A stretch of 64,000 nucleotides of DNA, taken from positions 1,054,001 through 1,118,000 of the forward strand of contig OX337236.1 in assembly GCA_946965045.2 (NCBI GenBank). Direction: 5' to 3'. The notes beneath the pieces were generated by a model that did no database searches, had not been told where the DNA came from, and worked only from the letters and a program-made list of their open reading frames with translations. Shown piece by piece: positions 43,201 to 53,628 of the stretch (position 1 is the first letter of the stretch; every line of letters starts with the position of its first letter). A program made the position numbers and the translations under genes. The stretch is from Epithemia pelagica (Eukaryota; Protista; Bacillariophyta).

Positions 43201-45347
43201 ACGACTCGTTCCATCTCAGAAAGCTGAGCCGTGAAGTTTTTCTCCACCTCGCGAAGTTGGTCAAGGTGTTCCTTGTTTTTCCTGTTTTCAACAGCCTGTT
43301 CCATTTCGGAGAGTTCGACTTTGTGCTTAGACTCAAGTTGACGCACTTGCTCTTGATATTCATCATCCTTCTTCTTTTGTTCGGCTTGATGAAATTGAAC
43401 ATGATCCTGCATCTCTCGTTCTACGGACAGCTTCATTTCAGAAAGTTGTTCCTTGTGTTTCGACTCTAGCTGACCAAGCTGCTCCTGGAGCTCTTGATCT
43501 TTCTTAGCTAGTTCGTCCTTGTGAGACTTTTCATACGCCTGCTTCTCATGTTGAACGATTCGTTCTCTCTCAGAAAGCAGAGCTCTGAAATTATTCTCCA
43601 CTTCACGAAGTTGGTCAATATGTTCCTTGTCGTTCCTGTCATGTTCTTCTTTGTAGGACTTCTCTTTATTCAGGATTTCCTGATGTACAGCTTGCTGCAC
43701 GTCAGAGAGCTGCTTCTTGTATTTTGACTCCATTCGATGAAGTTGCTCCTGATGCTCCTGGTCTTTCTTTTCTTTTTCCTCTCGATGAGACTTTTCATTA
43801 CCCTCCAATTTCTGCTTCACGAGCAGTTCCATTTCATAGAGCTTGGCTTTGTATTGTGAATCCAGTTTAGCGATCTTTTCCTGATTTTCCTGTGTCTGCT
43901 TCTGAAGCTGTTCCTGATGCTCCTTGTCTTTCTTTTCTTTTTCCGCGCGGTGAGACTTTTCATTGCCGTCCATTTTCTGCTTCACGAAGAGTTCCATTTC
44001 AGAGAGCTTGGCTTTGTATTGTGAATCCAGTTTTGCGATCTTTTCCTGATTTTCCTGTGCCTGCTTCTGAAGCTCTTCTTTGTCAGACTTTGCTTGTTTT
44101 TTCGTGTCTTTCAATATCCGCTTCATTCCAGAAAGTTGGGCTTTATAATGGTTCGCCATTACGATCAGTTTCTTTTGTTGCTCAATCGTCAATGACTCTT
44201 GGTTCTTCTCTGTTTCCTTTTCGGTATGAGTGCTGTCTTTTGATCCGAGATTCAGTTGAAGTTTGGGCTCATCTTTTTCTTCGCTGCCAATGCCACTGTT
44301 GCTGTTCTGACCCAGTGACTCGTTCACGTTCTTGTTTCTTCCAAACAATGTTTTGTCGGCTCCGGAAAGTTGCTCCCGAAGTCTTTCCAAATGCATCCGA
44401 TGTTCCAAGATTCCAATCTCTCGCTTGTCGTCGTTATCGGTTGATTCAGAGGCACAGTGGAAATGTTCTGCTTCAAGATATTCCCCGGCATCGGTTATTT
44501 CTTCGTCGTCAATGGACCTTCCGTCAGACGGATCAGTTACAATACGCATGGATTGCGCATGGCTGGCCTTGTCTTCTGTTGACGACTGAGGAGAAAGGAA
44601 TGATTGTTCTTCTTGTTGTCTCAAGATCAACTTTGGTTTTTGTTCCACAGTGGATGGTCCTGACGTTGCAGGCTTTTGCAGGATTGGTTTCGATTGAATC
44701 TCAGGGCTTCGTGAAGCGTTGAAGGCTTTGATATGTTTTTGAGGGATGGGAGTACGACTTGGTTGTTTCTTGGTGGAGTGTACCAAGATGAATGGTGGAA
44801 GAACAGTGCTGCTTTTCTTACTGAGATCAGGACTGTGTAAAAGAGAAGTTTCGATTCCCTTGGAAGTGTTTCGATCTCCACCTACTGAAGGCTCAGGACT
44901 TCGTGGTGGTGTGTTCAACTCTCTTGGAATTGAGAGAGGACCGAGGTCCGAACTCACAGGTGCAGCAGTTTTGGTAGGTACGTTCAGAACGGCAATATTG
45001 TTTCTTTTGGGCGTTGGTGACTGGGTCATGGACACATCGGATGCGTTGCAATCTCGCAGTAGGCTGTTGAAATCATGTGGTAACCTGAGCATGACAGGTG
45101 TCGATGAAACAGTTGTCGATGAAACACTGGGAGCTTCGGAAGGATCCTCCGAAGGTATGGACCGACTTGACGAAATATTCATGAGAGAAGATTTCGCTGC
45201 TGTCGTTGGCTGATTTCGGGTTTGCTGACTGCCTCCGTTGAAAATGGGATAATTAAACTTGGGCTGGGGTGAAGAATCGGTGCGTCGGCCTTGAACGGCG
45301 GTGGTTTGATTCATTGCTCGCATAGCGGAGGTCTCTTTCAACGGCAT
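40266..45347 (-). CDS. Giant coiled-coil protein with seven 118-aa repeats and a C-terminal TM anchor (golgin-like architecture)
   Basis: A single ORF of at least 1690 aa: S/P-rich head, E/Q/K/H/L repeats, FFILVLLIIGAVAY tail. The start at MPLKETS is inferred. Confidence 0.88.
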   Translation of the reverse strand: MPLKETSAMRAMNQTTAVQGRRTDSSPQPKFNYPIFNGGSQQTRNQPTTAAKSSLMNISSSRSIPSEDPSEAPSVSSTTVSSTPVMLRLPHDFNSLLRDCNASDVSMTQSPTPKRNNIAVLNVPTKTAAPVSSDLGPLSIPRELNTPPRSPEPSVGGDRNTSKGIETSLLHSPDLSKKSSTVLPPFILVHSTKKQPSRTPIPQKHIKAFNASRSPEIQSKPILQKPATSGPSTVEQKPKLILRQQEEQSFLSPQSSTEDKASHAQSMRIVTDPSDGRSIDDEEITDAGEYLEAEHFHCASESTDNDDKREIGILEHRMHLERLREQLSGADKTLFGRNKNVNESLGQNSNSGIGSEEKDEPKLQLNLGSKDSTHTEKETEKNQESLTIEQQKKLIVMANHYKAQLSGMKRILKDTKKQAKSDKEELQKQAQENQEKIAKLDSQYKAKLSEMELFVKQKMDGNEKSHRAEKEKKDKEHQEQLQKQTQENQEKIAKLDSQYKAKLYEMELLVKQKLEGNEKSHREEKEKKDQEHQEQLHRMESKYKKQLSDVQQAVHQEILNKEKSYKEEHDRNDKEHIDQLREVENNFRALLSERERIVQHEKQAYEKSHKDELAKKDQELQEQLGQLESKHKEQLSEMKLSVEREMQDHVQFHQAEQKKKDDEYQEQVRQLESKHKVELSEMEQAVENRKNKEHLDQLREVEKNFTAQLSEMERVVKHKIQAHKKSHKEELTKKDQEHQEQLFQLESKYLDELSEMELSVERETQDHDQSHQAELNKKEDEHQEQLRQLESKHQVELSEMEQAVENRKDKERIDQLHELETKFTAQLSEMERVVKDEMQAREKSHKDELAKKDQEHQEQLCQLESKYRDQLSEMELSTEQATQDHEQFLHAELKKKDDEYQEQLRELESKHNVELSKVELDVENRKEQLRELESKHKVELSKVELDVENRKEQLRELESKHKVELSKVELDVENRKDKEHLDQLQEVETKFTAQLSEMERAVQDQMQAHEKSHKEELAKKDQEHQEQLFQLESKYLDELSEMELSVERETQDHDQSHQEELKKKENEHQEQLRQLESKHQVELSKVELDVENRKDKEHLDQLQEVETKFTAQLSEMERVFQDEMQTHEQSHKDEIAKKDQEHQEQLGQLESKYRDQLSEMELSAEQATQDHEQFHHAELKKKDDEYQEQLRELESKHQVELSKMEQDVETRKDQEHIDQLHDVESKFMAQLSEMERVVQDEIQAHEQSHKEELAKKDQEHQEQLSHLESKYRDQLSEMELSVEQEMQDHEHFYHAEQKKKDDEYQEQLRQLESKHQVELSEMEQDVENRKDKERIDQLHELETKFIADLADMERVVQDEMQARETSHNEELAKKDQEHQEQLCELESKYGDQLSEMELSVEREMQDHEQFHQAEQKKKDDEYQEQLRQLESKHQVELSEMEQAVEKALKDREEFHNKEQETKESEYREQLRQLESKYRDELSGMEGAVCQIMQTWEESHKEQKRKDQELEEQLRQLESKHKVQLNSARQMEALVKKFRHSSSRYTQSIAYQEQKFEHEMNEQRRDHDERLVAESRFKAKQTELLMGQMTNSDGNENEAGIKNEEQRNVLDITGLGSIAEFDQDFNKTKILVMERPNQFFILVLLIIGAVAYKGCSDMVISAQYGWNYLGGSAISKVIPKLTLTSTDYEERKTE

Positions 45348-45834
45348 CAGACACAAGAAGAGTGGTGTTAACGATAACCTTGCTACAAAGAATGAGCTTT
45401 CCTTTTTCTCACAAAGATGTGAGATACAAGATGAATGAGGGGAAAAGATTCGTGATGTCGTCAAAAAGCGACGGGCGGTGGCGACATCCATCCAATTGTG
45501 ATTGGCTTTTTGGCGAAATGGGCGTAAAAGCTTATGAGAGTTTTAGCTGCGTGACACCACCCGGTGCATTTTAGTATTGCCCCTTTCAGTTTTCCGCGGA
45601 CTTCTGGTCCCATTTTCTCGCCTCTCGTCCGCTAAATAGCGAGCAAGTTCTGCCTGCTCGCTCAGACCAAGAAGGGCACGGATAAAGGAATTTTTGGGGG
45701 GTCGTACACAATTAAGCCTCTGAAGGCCGGCGTTCTGGGGTATCATAGTTATGATTCATCAAATCCTTAACCCTGATGTGGCTAAAACGAGTGCTGGCTG
45801 TGCCTGTGCGTCTCACGTACATCATCTCTTCACC

Positions 45835-47838
45835 ATGGCGGATGTAGAACCGAGCTATGCCGCGTGCGGCTCTAGCTCTCGAAAACGCAGCCGCACCACG
45901 GTCTCATCTTCGGCTCCTTATTCAGCCTCCTCGATTCCGCGGACCGGAGGTGGAACAATTGGTGCAACTGGTACGAGCAGTTTTTTGGTGCCGCAACCGG
46001 TGCCCCGTCCAGAATCGTCCGACGATCGCGTTCGAGCATCCCAACTGCACGATCCAAAGCAACGCACGAAAGCGTTGAATGCCATTTTAAAATTGTCAAG
46101 TAGTCATGAAATGAACTACGCGCTGACAGGAGACTCGGTGTTGCAAAGACTGGTGAATATTGCCATGGAATGCATGCATTGGGAGAACGATACACCACCG
46201 TCTCTTCCCTCACGACAGCAACACCGAAACAAAGACCAAAGCAAGCCTGGCGAACCAACGAAAACTTCAAATCTCAACTCTGATTCAGTCAATCTTGTGC
46301 CGAATGATATGTCAGACGGCGAAGAAGGTATAGAAGAGGACCCGATCTTTTCTTCCGCAATGGCTTGGACTCATCCTCCGACTTCTGAAATGGAAAATTG
46401 GGCAAATCATTGGAAAAATGTCTTAAGTTCTTCTCGACGATGTCTTCATAGTAATCCGCAGGATCCTAACAACAATTTCAAAACGTTGGAAGTGATTGTG
46501 GCTATCCTGCGCAATCTGTCCTTTGTGGGGGCTAATTTGCGCATGCTCGCGTACACTCCGTCTGTGATATCCGTTCTGATTGGTTGCATGTATGAATGTC
46601 ACGAGGACTTTGGATCGGCGGGGGCCGCTTCGACGACGGACTACCGTGGCAGTAGTTCACGAGACAGTGGACAATATTCCAGCGGACACAGCACCAGTGC
46701 ATCCGAAGAAGCAGCCAAGGCGGCACTTGGGCGAATCAATTTGACCGTCAATGCCATGCAAACGCTCATCCACTTGATTCCCTACCTCGATTTTTCGGGG
46801 CAAAAATTACTTGCGGATCGCCTCTTTTATTCTCCGCATTCCATCAAGGAAGGCCCCATGGTTCCGGATAGTTCATCTTTTGGACAAACCGCAAGTGGCA
46901 GTTGGGGCTTTGGCGGTATGTGGCTGGCCAAGCGGTTGGATACAAAAGAGGACGTTATGTCCGACGTCACAAAAGACTTTTTGTTGACCTTTGCATCAGA
47001 CTACTTGGTGGCAATTTGGAGCTTGTTCCCGGCTCTAGCCCATGTACTGACCAATCCACACTGTCCTCGTTCAGTTATGCTAGTGGCCGTTGATCTGTTA
47101 CAAGAACTTATTAGTCAGGCTCGAGTCGGTGTCGTTGGGAGCGTTGATCTGGAAGATCAAGAAGATGAAATTCCTACGTTGAGAGCCATTTTGGTACGCA
47201 TGCCCGATGCTGTACTGGACCGCTTGGTGGACTTATTGTACGTTCCAAGGCTTGGTCCGGACTCGTTGGAGTATCTCGATCCAGTCCACAACATTGTCAC
47301 ACGTGTCACCACGCTTAAATTGCTCATGGGCTACGATGCTACGGTCGATACGGATCTACGAGATCGTACGTTGGACGTCTTGGTTCCTCTGTTGGAATTG
47401 GACTCCCCCCGCATGGCTTCACGATTAGGGATGCACACGTATAGCGACATGAAGAGGAAGGACAGCAAACCACTTCTCCCCATGGTCCGCACACGGTTGT
47501 GGGATGCCTTGGTACCCATTTTGACGAGCAAAGTGGGTAGAAATGAAGCCACGTTGCTGGCCTCACACTTGTTTCGTGAATTGGCAAAAGCACGGTCGAA
47601 TCAAATGGCGTTGCAGTATGTCCAAGGGAGATTGGTAGAACTCGCAAGTCGTGACAACCGTGTCGCAAACTTGCTTTGGAATCATTTGCGTCCAATCTCA
47701 TCTCATGGCTCCACTGACGATGATCACGATGACGACAACATTGATGAAACCGAATCGGCCGATCCCCAGCACGATAATGCGCACAAGAGTTTTGTCGCAA
47801 CATCCGGTGACCAAGAAAGTCAAACAGAAAAAGTATGA
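45835..47838 (+). CDS. ARM-repeat protein resembling the BAF250/ARID1 C-terminal (LFR-like) SWI/SNF subunit
   Basis: ALNAILKLS and VAILRNLSFVGANLRMLA plus Leu-rich helical repeats. The family assignment is from motif recall; the start at MADVEP is inferred. Confidence 0.65.
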   Translation: MADVEPSYAACGSSSRKRSRTTVSSSAPYSASSIPRTGGGTIGATGTSSFLVPQPVPRPESSDDRVRASQLHDPKQRTKALNAILKLSSSHEMNYALTGDSVLQRLVNIAMECMHWENDTPPSLPSRQQHRNKDQSKPGEPTKTSNLNSDSVNLVPNDMSDGEEGIEEDPIFSSAMAWTHPPTSEMENWANHWKNVLSSSRRCLHSNPQDPNNNFKTLEVIVAILRNLSFVGANLRMLAYTPSVISVLIGCMYECHEDFGSAGAASTTDYRGSSSRDSGQYSSGHSTSASEEAAKAALGRINLTVNAMQTLIHLIPYLDFSGQKLLADRLFYSPHSIKEGPMVPDSSSFGQTASGSWGFGGMWLAKRLDTKEDVMSDVTKDFLLTFASDYLVAIWSLFPALAHVLTNPHCPRSVMLVAVDLLQELISQARVGVVGSVDLEDQEDEIPTLRAILVRMPDAVLDRLVDLLYVPRLGPDSLEYLDPVHNIVTRVTTLKLLMGYDATVDTDLRDRTLDVLVPLLELDSPRMASRLGMHTYSDMKRKDSKPLLPMVRTRLWDALVPILTSKVGRNEATLLASHLFRELAKARSNQMALQYVQGRLVELASRDNRVANLLWNHLRPISSHGSTDDDHDDDNIDETESADPQHDNAHKSFVATSGDQESQTEKV

Positions 47839-48363
47839 GCGAGCGCATTAGAAGACAGCGAGTCAAGACTGAAAGACCCGGATGCCTATCCGAATCTTCG
47901 TACTTGGACGTCGCGTGATTTGTTGATATGGCTTACGATCCGTCTTTGTACTGTTCGGTGTTCATCATTCGAAATCCAATACAATCACTCGTAGGTCCCG
48001 ATACTGGCAATGAGGAGCCTTGCAACAGACTAAATGTTCTCATGCTGGCAACTTTCATTTGCTCGTCGTGGAGACGCGGTTGTTGACTGGCTCATCAGGT
48101 CTCAGTCGCATGTTTTGTGGTGAGTTTTTGCGATCTAGAATATTATGCTTTTCTCTGTGTACTGTGTTTGGTTTGTGGACCAGTTTCCACATCATTATTG
48201 CACTTATCATGAAAATTACTTTCCTATGTTGATTAGGAGAATCACAGCATACAAAAACGTTTTTTACGGATTACACCACATCAGATTGGACGTAGAACAG
48301 CGTTTCCCAACCCAGGCCTGATACCGGTAGGTTGCATTTCAGATTCAATGGGCCAAACTTTAT

Positions 48364-48600
48364 CTACGCTATCTTCTTACGTCTCTCCTCTTCTTTCATC
48401 TCTCGGCGAAGCAGGAAGACCCAGCCAATCAAAGCTAAGGCAGGAATCGAGAGACCGAGCGCCAACATCCACTCTTGCCATGTGGTCATCATGATCAATA
48501 CAGAAAAGAAGATGGTCGGCTTGTATCTCTCTGGAAACCCAACAAGACAAACTCCGTGTATCTCCTCATCAAACTTATGTTTCGATTTTCGCGGCCACAT
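48364..48600 (-). CDS. Putative small membrane protein (78 aa)
   Basis: Two hydrophobic segments (TIFFSVLIM, WMLALGLSIPALALIGWVFLL) and a charged tail RREMKEEERRKK. Confidence 0.45.
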   Translation of the reverse strand: MWPRKSKHKFDEEIHGVCLVGFPERYKPTIFFSVLIMMTTWQEWMLALGLSIPALALIGWVFLLRREMKEEERRKKIA

Positions 48601-49923
48601 CAAAAATCGCCCCCAGGAATAAAGGGGTGGTGCCCCCTGTAGTATCGGCGTTGAGCCAAAAGTAGGCGATAGACCCCGAGATAAGTTTCGTGACTACTAG
48701 CTATCTCTAGCTAGCAACTACAATACCTCTCTACTCTAGTAGAGAGCTAGCTACTCTCTACTAAGATAGAAGAGTCTGCAAAATGACAAAAAAAATGACA
48801 AGTGAAAATAGTTCGCCTTCATCCGGGCGTGGCATTCATAACAATAGACTAAATTGTACTCGACGCTCGAGCTCGAGCTCGAGATGGAGTTCATAGTCAT
48901 AACTCGTACTGGGCCTAATCACTAGTCACTGGGCGTACTAAGAACTAAGAAGTTGTGAAAGTGATTATCGTATCCCCTACTCCTAGTATGTTTTTAAGTA
49001 GCTACTCTATCTGGAGAGGACAACTTATCCTTGTCTAGCTAGAGGTAGCAAAAGCGACCGCGCGCCGCGAAGCAAGAAGCAACGCACTATGTTTTATGTT
49101 CTTGTGTTTGATAAAGAAGCTGCGAGCTGCTACCTGCTACAGCTGGAAGTATCAAGGCTTTTGCGATGGCTTCAGACTTCAGACCATCATAATAATATTT
49201 GTAGTAGGAGTATCTAACATGAGACCATGACCATGAGGTATGAGGTCATTAACACAAAAACAAACTGCACTCCTGCAACAGATAAGACATGCATTGCTCC
49301 ATCAACCATCAAACCGCTCCTGCTATGGAGCCTAGAGCACTCGGCCTACCCTTATGTAGCTCTAACTGCTTCAGCGCTATGATGTCATCTACTGCTTTTA
49401 TTTACTCCTATTTTGTTGTGTCAAGGAACGATAGGGTGCAATTATTGATGGGGTATGCGGTATGCGATCTTCATTTCAAAATACCAGCGACCAGCGGATC
49501 AGGAGTACGTGCTGGGAGCTGGCTAGGCGTAGTTCTTTGTTCTCTAGCTAGGGAAGCGAAACCATGGACTAGCTAGTAGGAGTAGGTGGGATGCAGCGAG
49601 ACCTCCTCCTCCACCCTCCACCGAGTTGCCGGAAGTCGGGAACCGGAGAAATAGAATCCCCTATGCGATATGTTGTGGCAATTTGAAATTTGGAATCCTT
49701 GCGGGAATCCTTCTTAGGCGAGTACCTTTCTTTTTATGCCGAGAAGGAATAGAGAATACCAACAACCAACAACCTCTAGGAGTAGGAGTAGTAGGCAGTA
49801 GGCACTACCTGTCGGCTGCCGGAGAGAAAAGGGTTCGCAGTTCGCAGTCGCAGGTCGCAGTGCTCGATGTTTACCACGTCCGTCTTGAGCGCACTCTCTG
49901 CGCTCTGCGTCTGCGGCAGTTTG

Positions 49924-50049
49924 TTGTGGTTTGTGGTTTGTGGTTTGTGGTTTGTGGTTTGTGGTTTGTGGTTTGTGGTTTGTGGTTTGTGGTTTGTGGT
50001 TTGTGGTTTGTGGTTTGTGGTTTGTGGTTTGTGGTTTGTGGTTTGTGGT
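49924..50049. repeat. Perfect heptamer microsatellite (TTGTGGT)18
   Basis: 126 bp of exact 7-bp periodicity. Confidence 0.98.
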
Positions 50050-51506
50050 GCTGTGGAGTGCGGAATGTCGATGGTGGATGTGTTGGCAAGTGGCAAAGAA
50101 GCAAGAAATGGCAAATTGCAATTTTCGACTTAGTACTTTGTATGCCTCTAAGTGCTAAGTACTAATTCTGACTTTAAGTTGCACTTGTCTTAGATCTTAG
50201 ACTCCTGGCTCCTCATAGTTTACCGTACTATTTGATTTTCCTCTCTCTACTAGTAGGAGTAGCTCTCTCTAGCTTTAGTAGCGAGAGTAGAGAGGTTTCT
50301 CATACTCCTAGCTAGAATTTATCGCATTCCTCGTCTTGATTCTGGAGTGGAGTCCTCGGTAGAAAGGCTCTCTAGCTAGCTAAAGCTACAGAGAAGAGAG
50401 AGAGTGACAGGAAGAGAAGCTTATGATGTCTACCTAGAGACAAATGTATACATATCTCTAGTAGAGGGAGGAGCTGCGAGTAGCTCCTACTCCTACTAGC
50501 TACTCTTACTACGGTAGCTACCTCTACTCTCTCTACTTCTCCTCTCTCTAGAGAAGGGAGCTCCGACTCCGAAGCCATGCCAGTCGTCTATGTCTAGTGT
50601 TTGTCTATGCCAGTCGTCTATGTCCAGTGTCTGTCTATGTCCAGTGTCCAGTGTGTTCCATGTTCGATGTTCGATGTCCAGCCAGCGTCTCCGATCTCCG
50701 ATCTCCGATCTCCCGAACGTTATCTGTAATATCTGTAATCTACAATCTACGTGTCGTATTATTTCTTATATGTACGAGTAGCGAGTACGAGTAGCGAGTA
50801 TGTCGTTGCATAAGGCATAAGGCATAAGGTATTCATTCCTCATTCCTCGTCACTCATCATGACTTAACAGCGACGATGACGAATAATAAAGGAGAATAAT
50901 AAATAATACGAGTAACGAGTAACGATGTACTTGGTACTTGACCACGAACCACGACCAATAACCAATAACCAAGTAACAAGAGGAAAAGCTTTCCATTTCC
51001 ATTAGTTCCGGAGCTCGGCTAAATAGTGACAAGCATCATAGATTGTCCGGTCTTGAATTGCGTTTCATGACTCATGACTCCAGACATAGCAGGAATATGA
51101 AGTATGAAGTACTACTAGAGGATTAGGATTGTGAGGTCAGAGTTCAGAGAAGAAGCCACGGCCGACGGCCACGCATCATTGCTCCAGACTAGTTTGACTA
51201 CGTGTTACGAGTAGGTTCTACGGATCATAATTCATAATGGATAATGATGATCAATGATTGATGAGCACAAAGGGATTACTCTCCAGCTCAACTACTGTTC
51301 GTTGGTGCATCGGGAATCGGGACACTTAGCTCTAGAGAGAACGGAAAGGTCCAACTACCTAGCAACAAGATAGTCCCAGAACCAGAGCTGCGGGCACTCC
51401 CAACTCCCGTAAAGTCAGGAAGCAGATGCAGGAAGCACAAGCAACAAACACCTGTGTAAAATCGAAATATTCGTGTTCCTAGCAAGGATAGTGTCATGAT
51501 ATACTG

Positions 51507-51870
51507 TAGAGCTGGGTCAAGCGTCAAGCGCTCAAGCGCTCAAGCGCTTGACTTCTCAAGCGCTTGAGGAGCTCCAGCGCAGAAAGGGTGTTGCTTGAGA
51601 GCTCAAGCGCTCAAGCACCCGGACTACCGGAAAGTCCTTAAACGTAGCAAAAACCCGGGAAGTATCTTCTACAATAGAGTTTCCATTGCATATCAGTTAC
51701 GTAATGAGAGTAGTTGCCATTTCACTAGAGGTAGTGCGATGAGTCTATTGCCATAGTTTCCCGAGTTAGCCCTGTTCGCTGCCGCTTGAGCGCTTGAATT
51801 TGGTCCTAGCTCAAGCGCTCAAGCGCTTGAGTTCTCCAGCAGAAAAAAGCTGTTGCTTGACCCAGCTCTA
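51507..51870. mobile_element. 364-bp non-autonomous TIR element (hAT-like MITE)
   Basis: Perfect 16-bp TIR TAGAGCTGGGTCAAGC / GCTTGACCCAGCTCTA. Flanking 8-mers ATATACTG / ATTTTCTG match at 6/8. Subterminal CTCAAGCG arrays at both ends. Confidence 0.8.
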
Positions 51871-52178
51871 ATTTTCTGTCTATTGTATGTCGGCGCATTA
51901 ATGGGCGGCTAGCTAGTCGGCAATCGGTAACACGTGGTTGCTTGCTGTGGATTATGGCCGGTTGCTTTTGCTCGTACTCTAGCTGGTAGGGCTCGGAGCT
52001 AGTACGAGTACTCGTACACAATGTGTTGGTAGTGTACATACAATAATTCAAAACTTCTGCGCCCACAAGCCACAAGACATCATGTTTCTCCATCTCCACA
52101 AAAAGCGAACGCCGAACGCCGAAGCTTTAATCTCCGCGTTCAGCTCAAAAAACAAACAAAAAAACAAAGAGAGGAGAA

Positions 52179-53628
52179 TTGAAAATGATCATAGAATCAA
52201 TAAAGAGAAACGCCATGCTGGAAACAAGCATGTCGAGAAAAGCGGACGCGTCCCACAAGAGCAACCCTGATGGGGACTTTAAAACTGGGAAGAGGGAGAT
52301 GAAAGGATTGATTACAGACGGTGAGATAAAAGACGAGCGTACTCGTTCCGTCATCACCTTGTGTCTTTCAGTTTTGTTCTGTTCGATAAATAATAATATA
52401 CTGACGAGCTTTTATCCAGTTTTGTACAGGTATGGAAGTGGGAACAAGAAGCAAAAGTTGGATGGTGGGAGACGAGCAGTCACCACAATGGCAGAAATCC
52501 CGCGTTCAGGACTTTTGGAACATAAACCGGCTAGACCGGACATGTCAGCGTCAGTTGACGAAAACAGCTCCCAATCATCGTCGTCGGAAACCAGACCGAA
52601 AGAAGTATCCTGCTCCAACAATTGTGAAAATTCTGTCACTAAACAGTCCAGCAGCGTGGATTTGAGCCTCGACTATTTCATCGATATTGAAAAAGCCCAA
52701 TACACTTTCCCAGAGCGACTCATGGAGCTGCTAATGAATGGAACCGTCAAGAAAGCAATGTGGTGGCTTCCTGGTGGCGAAGCATTTGCTTTGGTCCCCA
52801 ACACTTTTTACGACATTGTACTTTCGAAATACTTTCAGGGCACCAAGTTTGAAAGCTTTACGCGGAAGCTTAATCGATGGTAAGTTCATCAAGCACATAG
52901 CACCAACGCTAAAGGAACCGAGAACTCATCGAATTGCTTTAAGGGGCTTTAAACGACTCTCGGGACAAGGGGTTCCAAGAGGGACAATAGCCTACTATCA
53001 CATGTTGTTTAAGAAAAACAGCCCTGATCTCATGAAAAAGATGCGAAGCGGGAAGAGTAACCAAAGTCATGAAACTGATGGTCCCTTCACTGGAGGTGTT
53101 CTGCCGTCACTTAGCCCAGGAGGTGGTTTCTTTCACCCATATCTGACGTCTCAGGTTTCGAATGGAGATGGTCAGAGCTCAGTTCTCTCCCGCCAAGGCA
53201 GTCTGCTCCCCGTCGCGTCGAGTGACGTCAACAGCATGAGACTGCAGTTGTTAGCAGCAAATCCAAGAAGAGAATTGATCTCACAGGTAGGGAACCAGTC
53301 TTCCATGCAAAGTAGCGCCACGGTCCGACAACTTCTGGCACAGGAACAACGCCAAGCTAATGCCCTTGTGCAGCAGTTGAACCTGACCAATAGTAGCGCG
53401 GCCGACCTTTCCATGCGGCGACAAGCTGAACTCCTTGCGCTCGAAGAGCTTCGTCTTGCTCAACGACAGCATGCTGCGCAGCAGGCTCAAACACGGACTC
53501 AACTTCATCAACTGCAGCAAGCCGTGGCACCGCAGGCACCAGACCATACGACAGAAGACCAAATCCGTTTGCTTCTACTTCAAAGGCAACTGAACAGTCG
53601 GAACAACGGGTGCGGCGGTACTCTGTAG
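52179..53628 (+). CDS. HSF: Heat shock transcription factor; intron 52880..52943, probable in-frame intron 52321..52419; start uncertain (52179 or 52488)
   Basis: YTFPERLMELL, MWWLPGGEAFAL, YFQGTKFESFTRKLNRW joined across GTAAGT...TAAG to GFKR...YYHMLF: the HSF DNA-binding domain. Q/A-rich C-terminus. Confidence 0.9.

Noticed and set aside
40453-44722. Plus-strand hydrophobic ORFs over the coiled-coil gene
   Set aside because: Antisense shadows of the repetitive E/Q/K-rich CDS.
49626-50165. ORFs with CGLWFVV or TTNHKPQ repeats; interstitial telomere hypothesis
   Set aside because: These are translations of the stop-free heptamer microsatellite. TTGTGGT is not the TTAGGG-type repeat I would expect for diatom telomeres.
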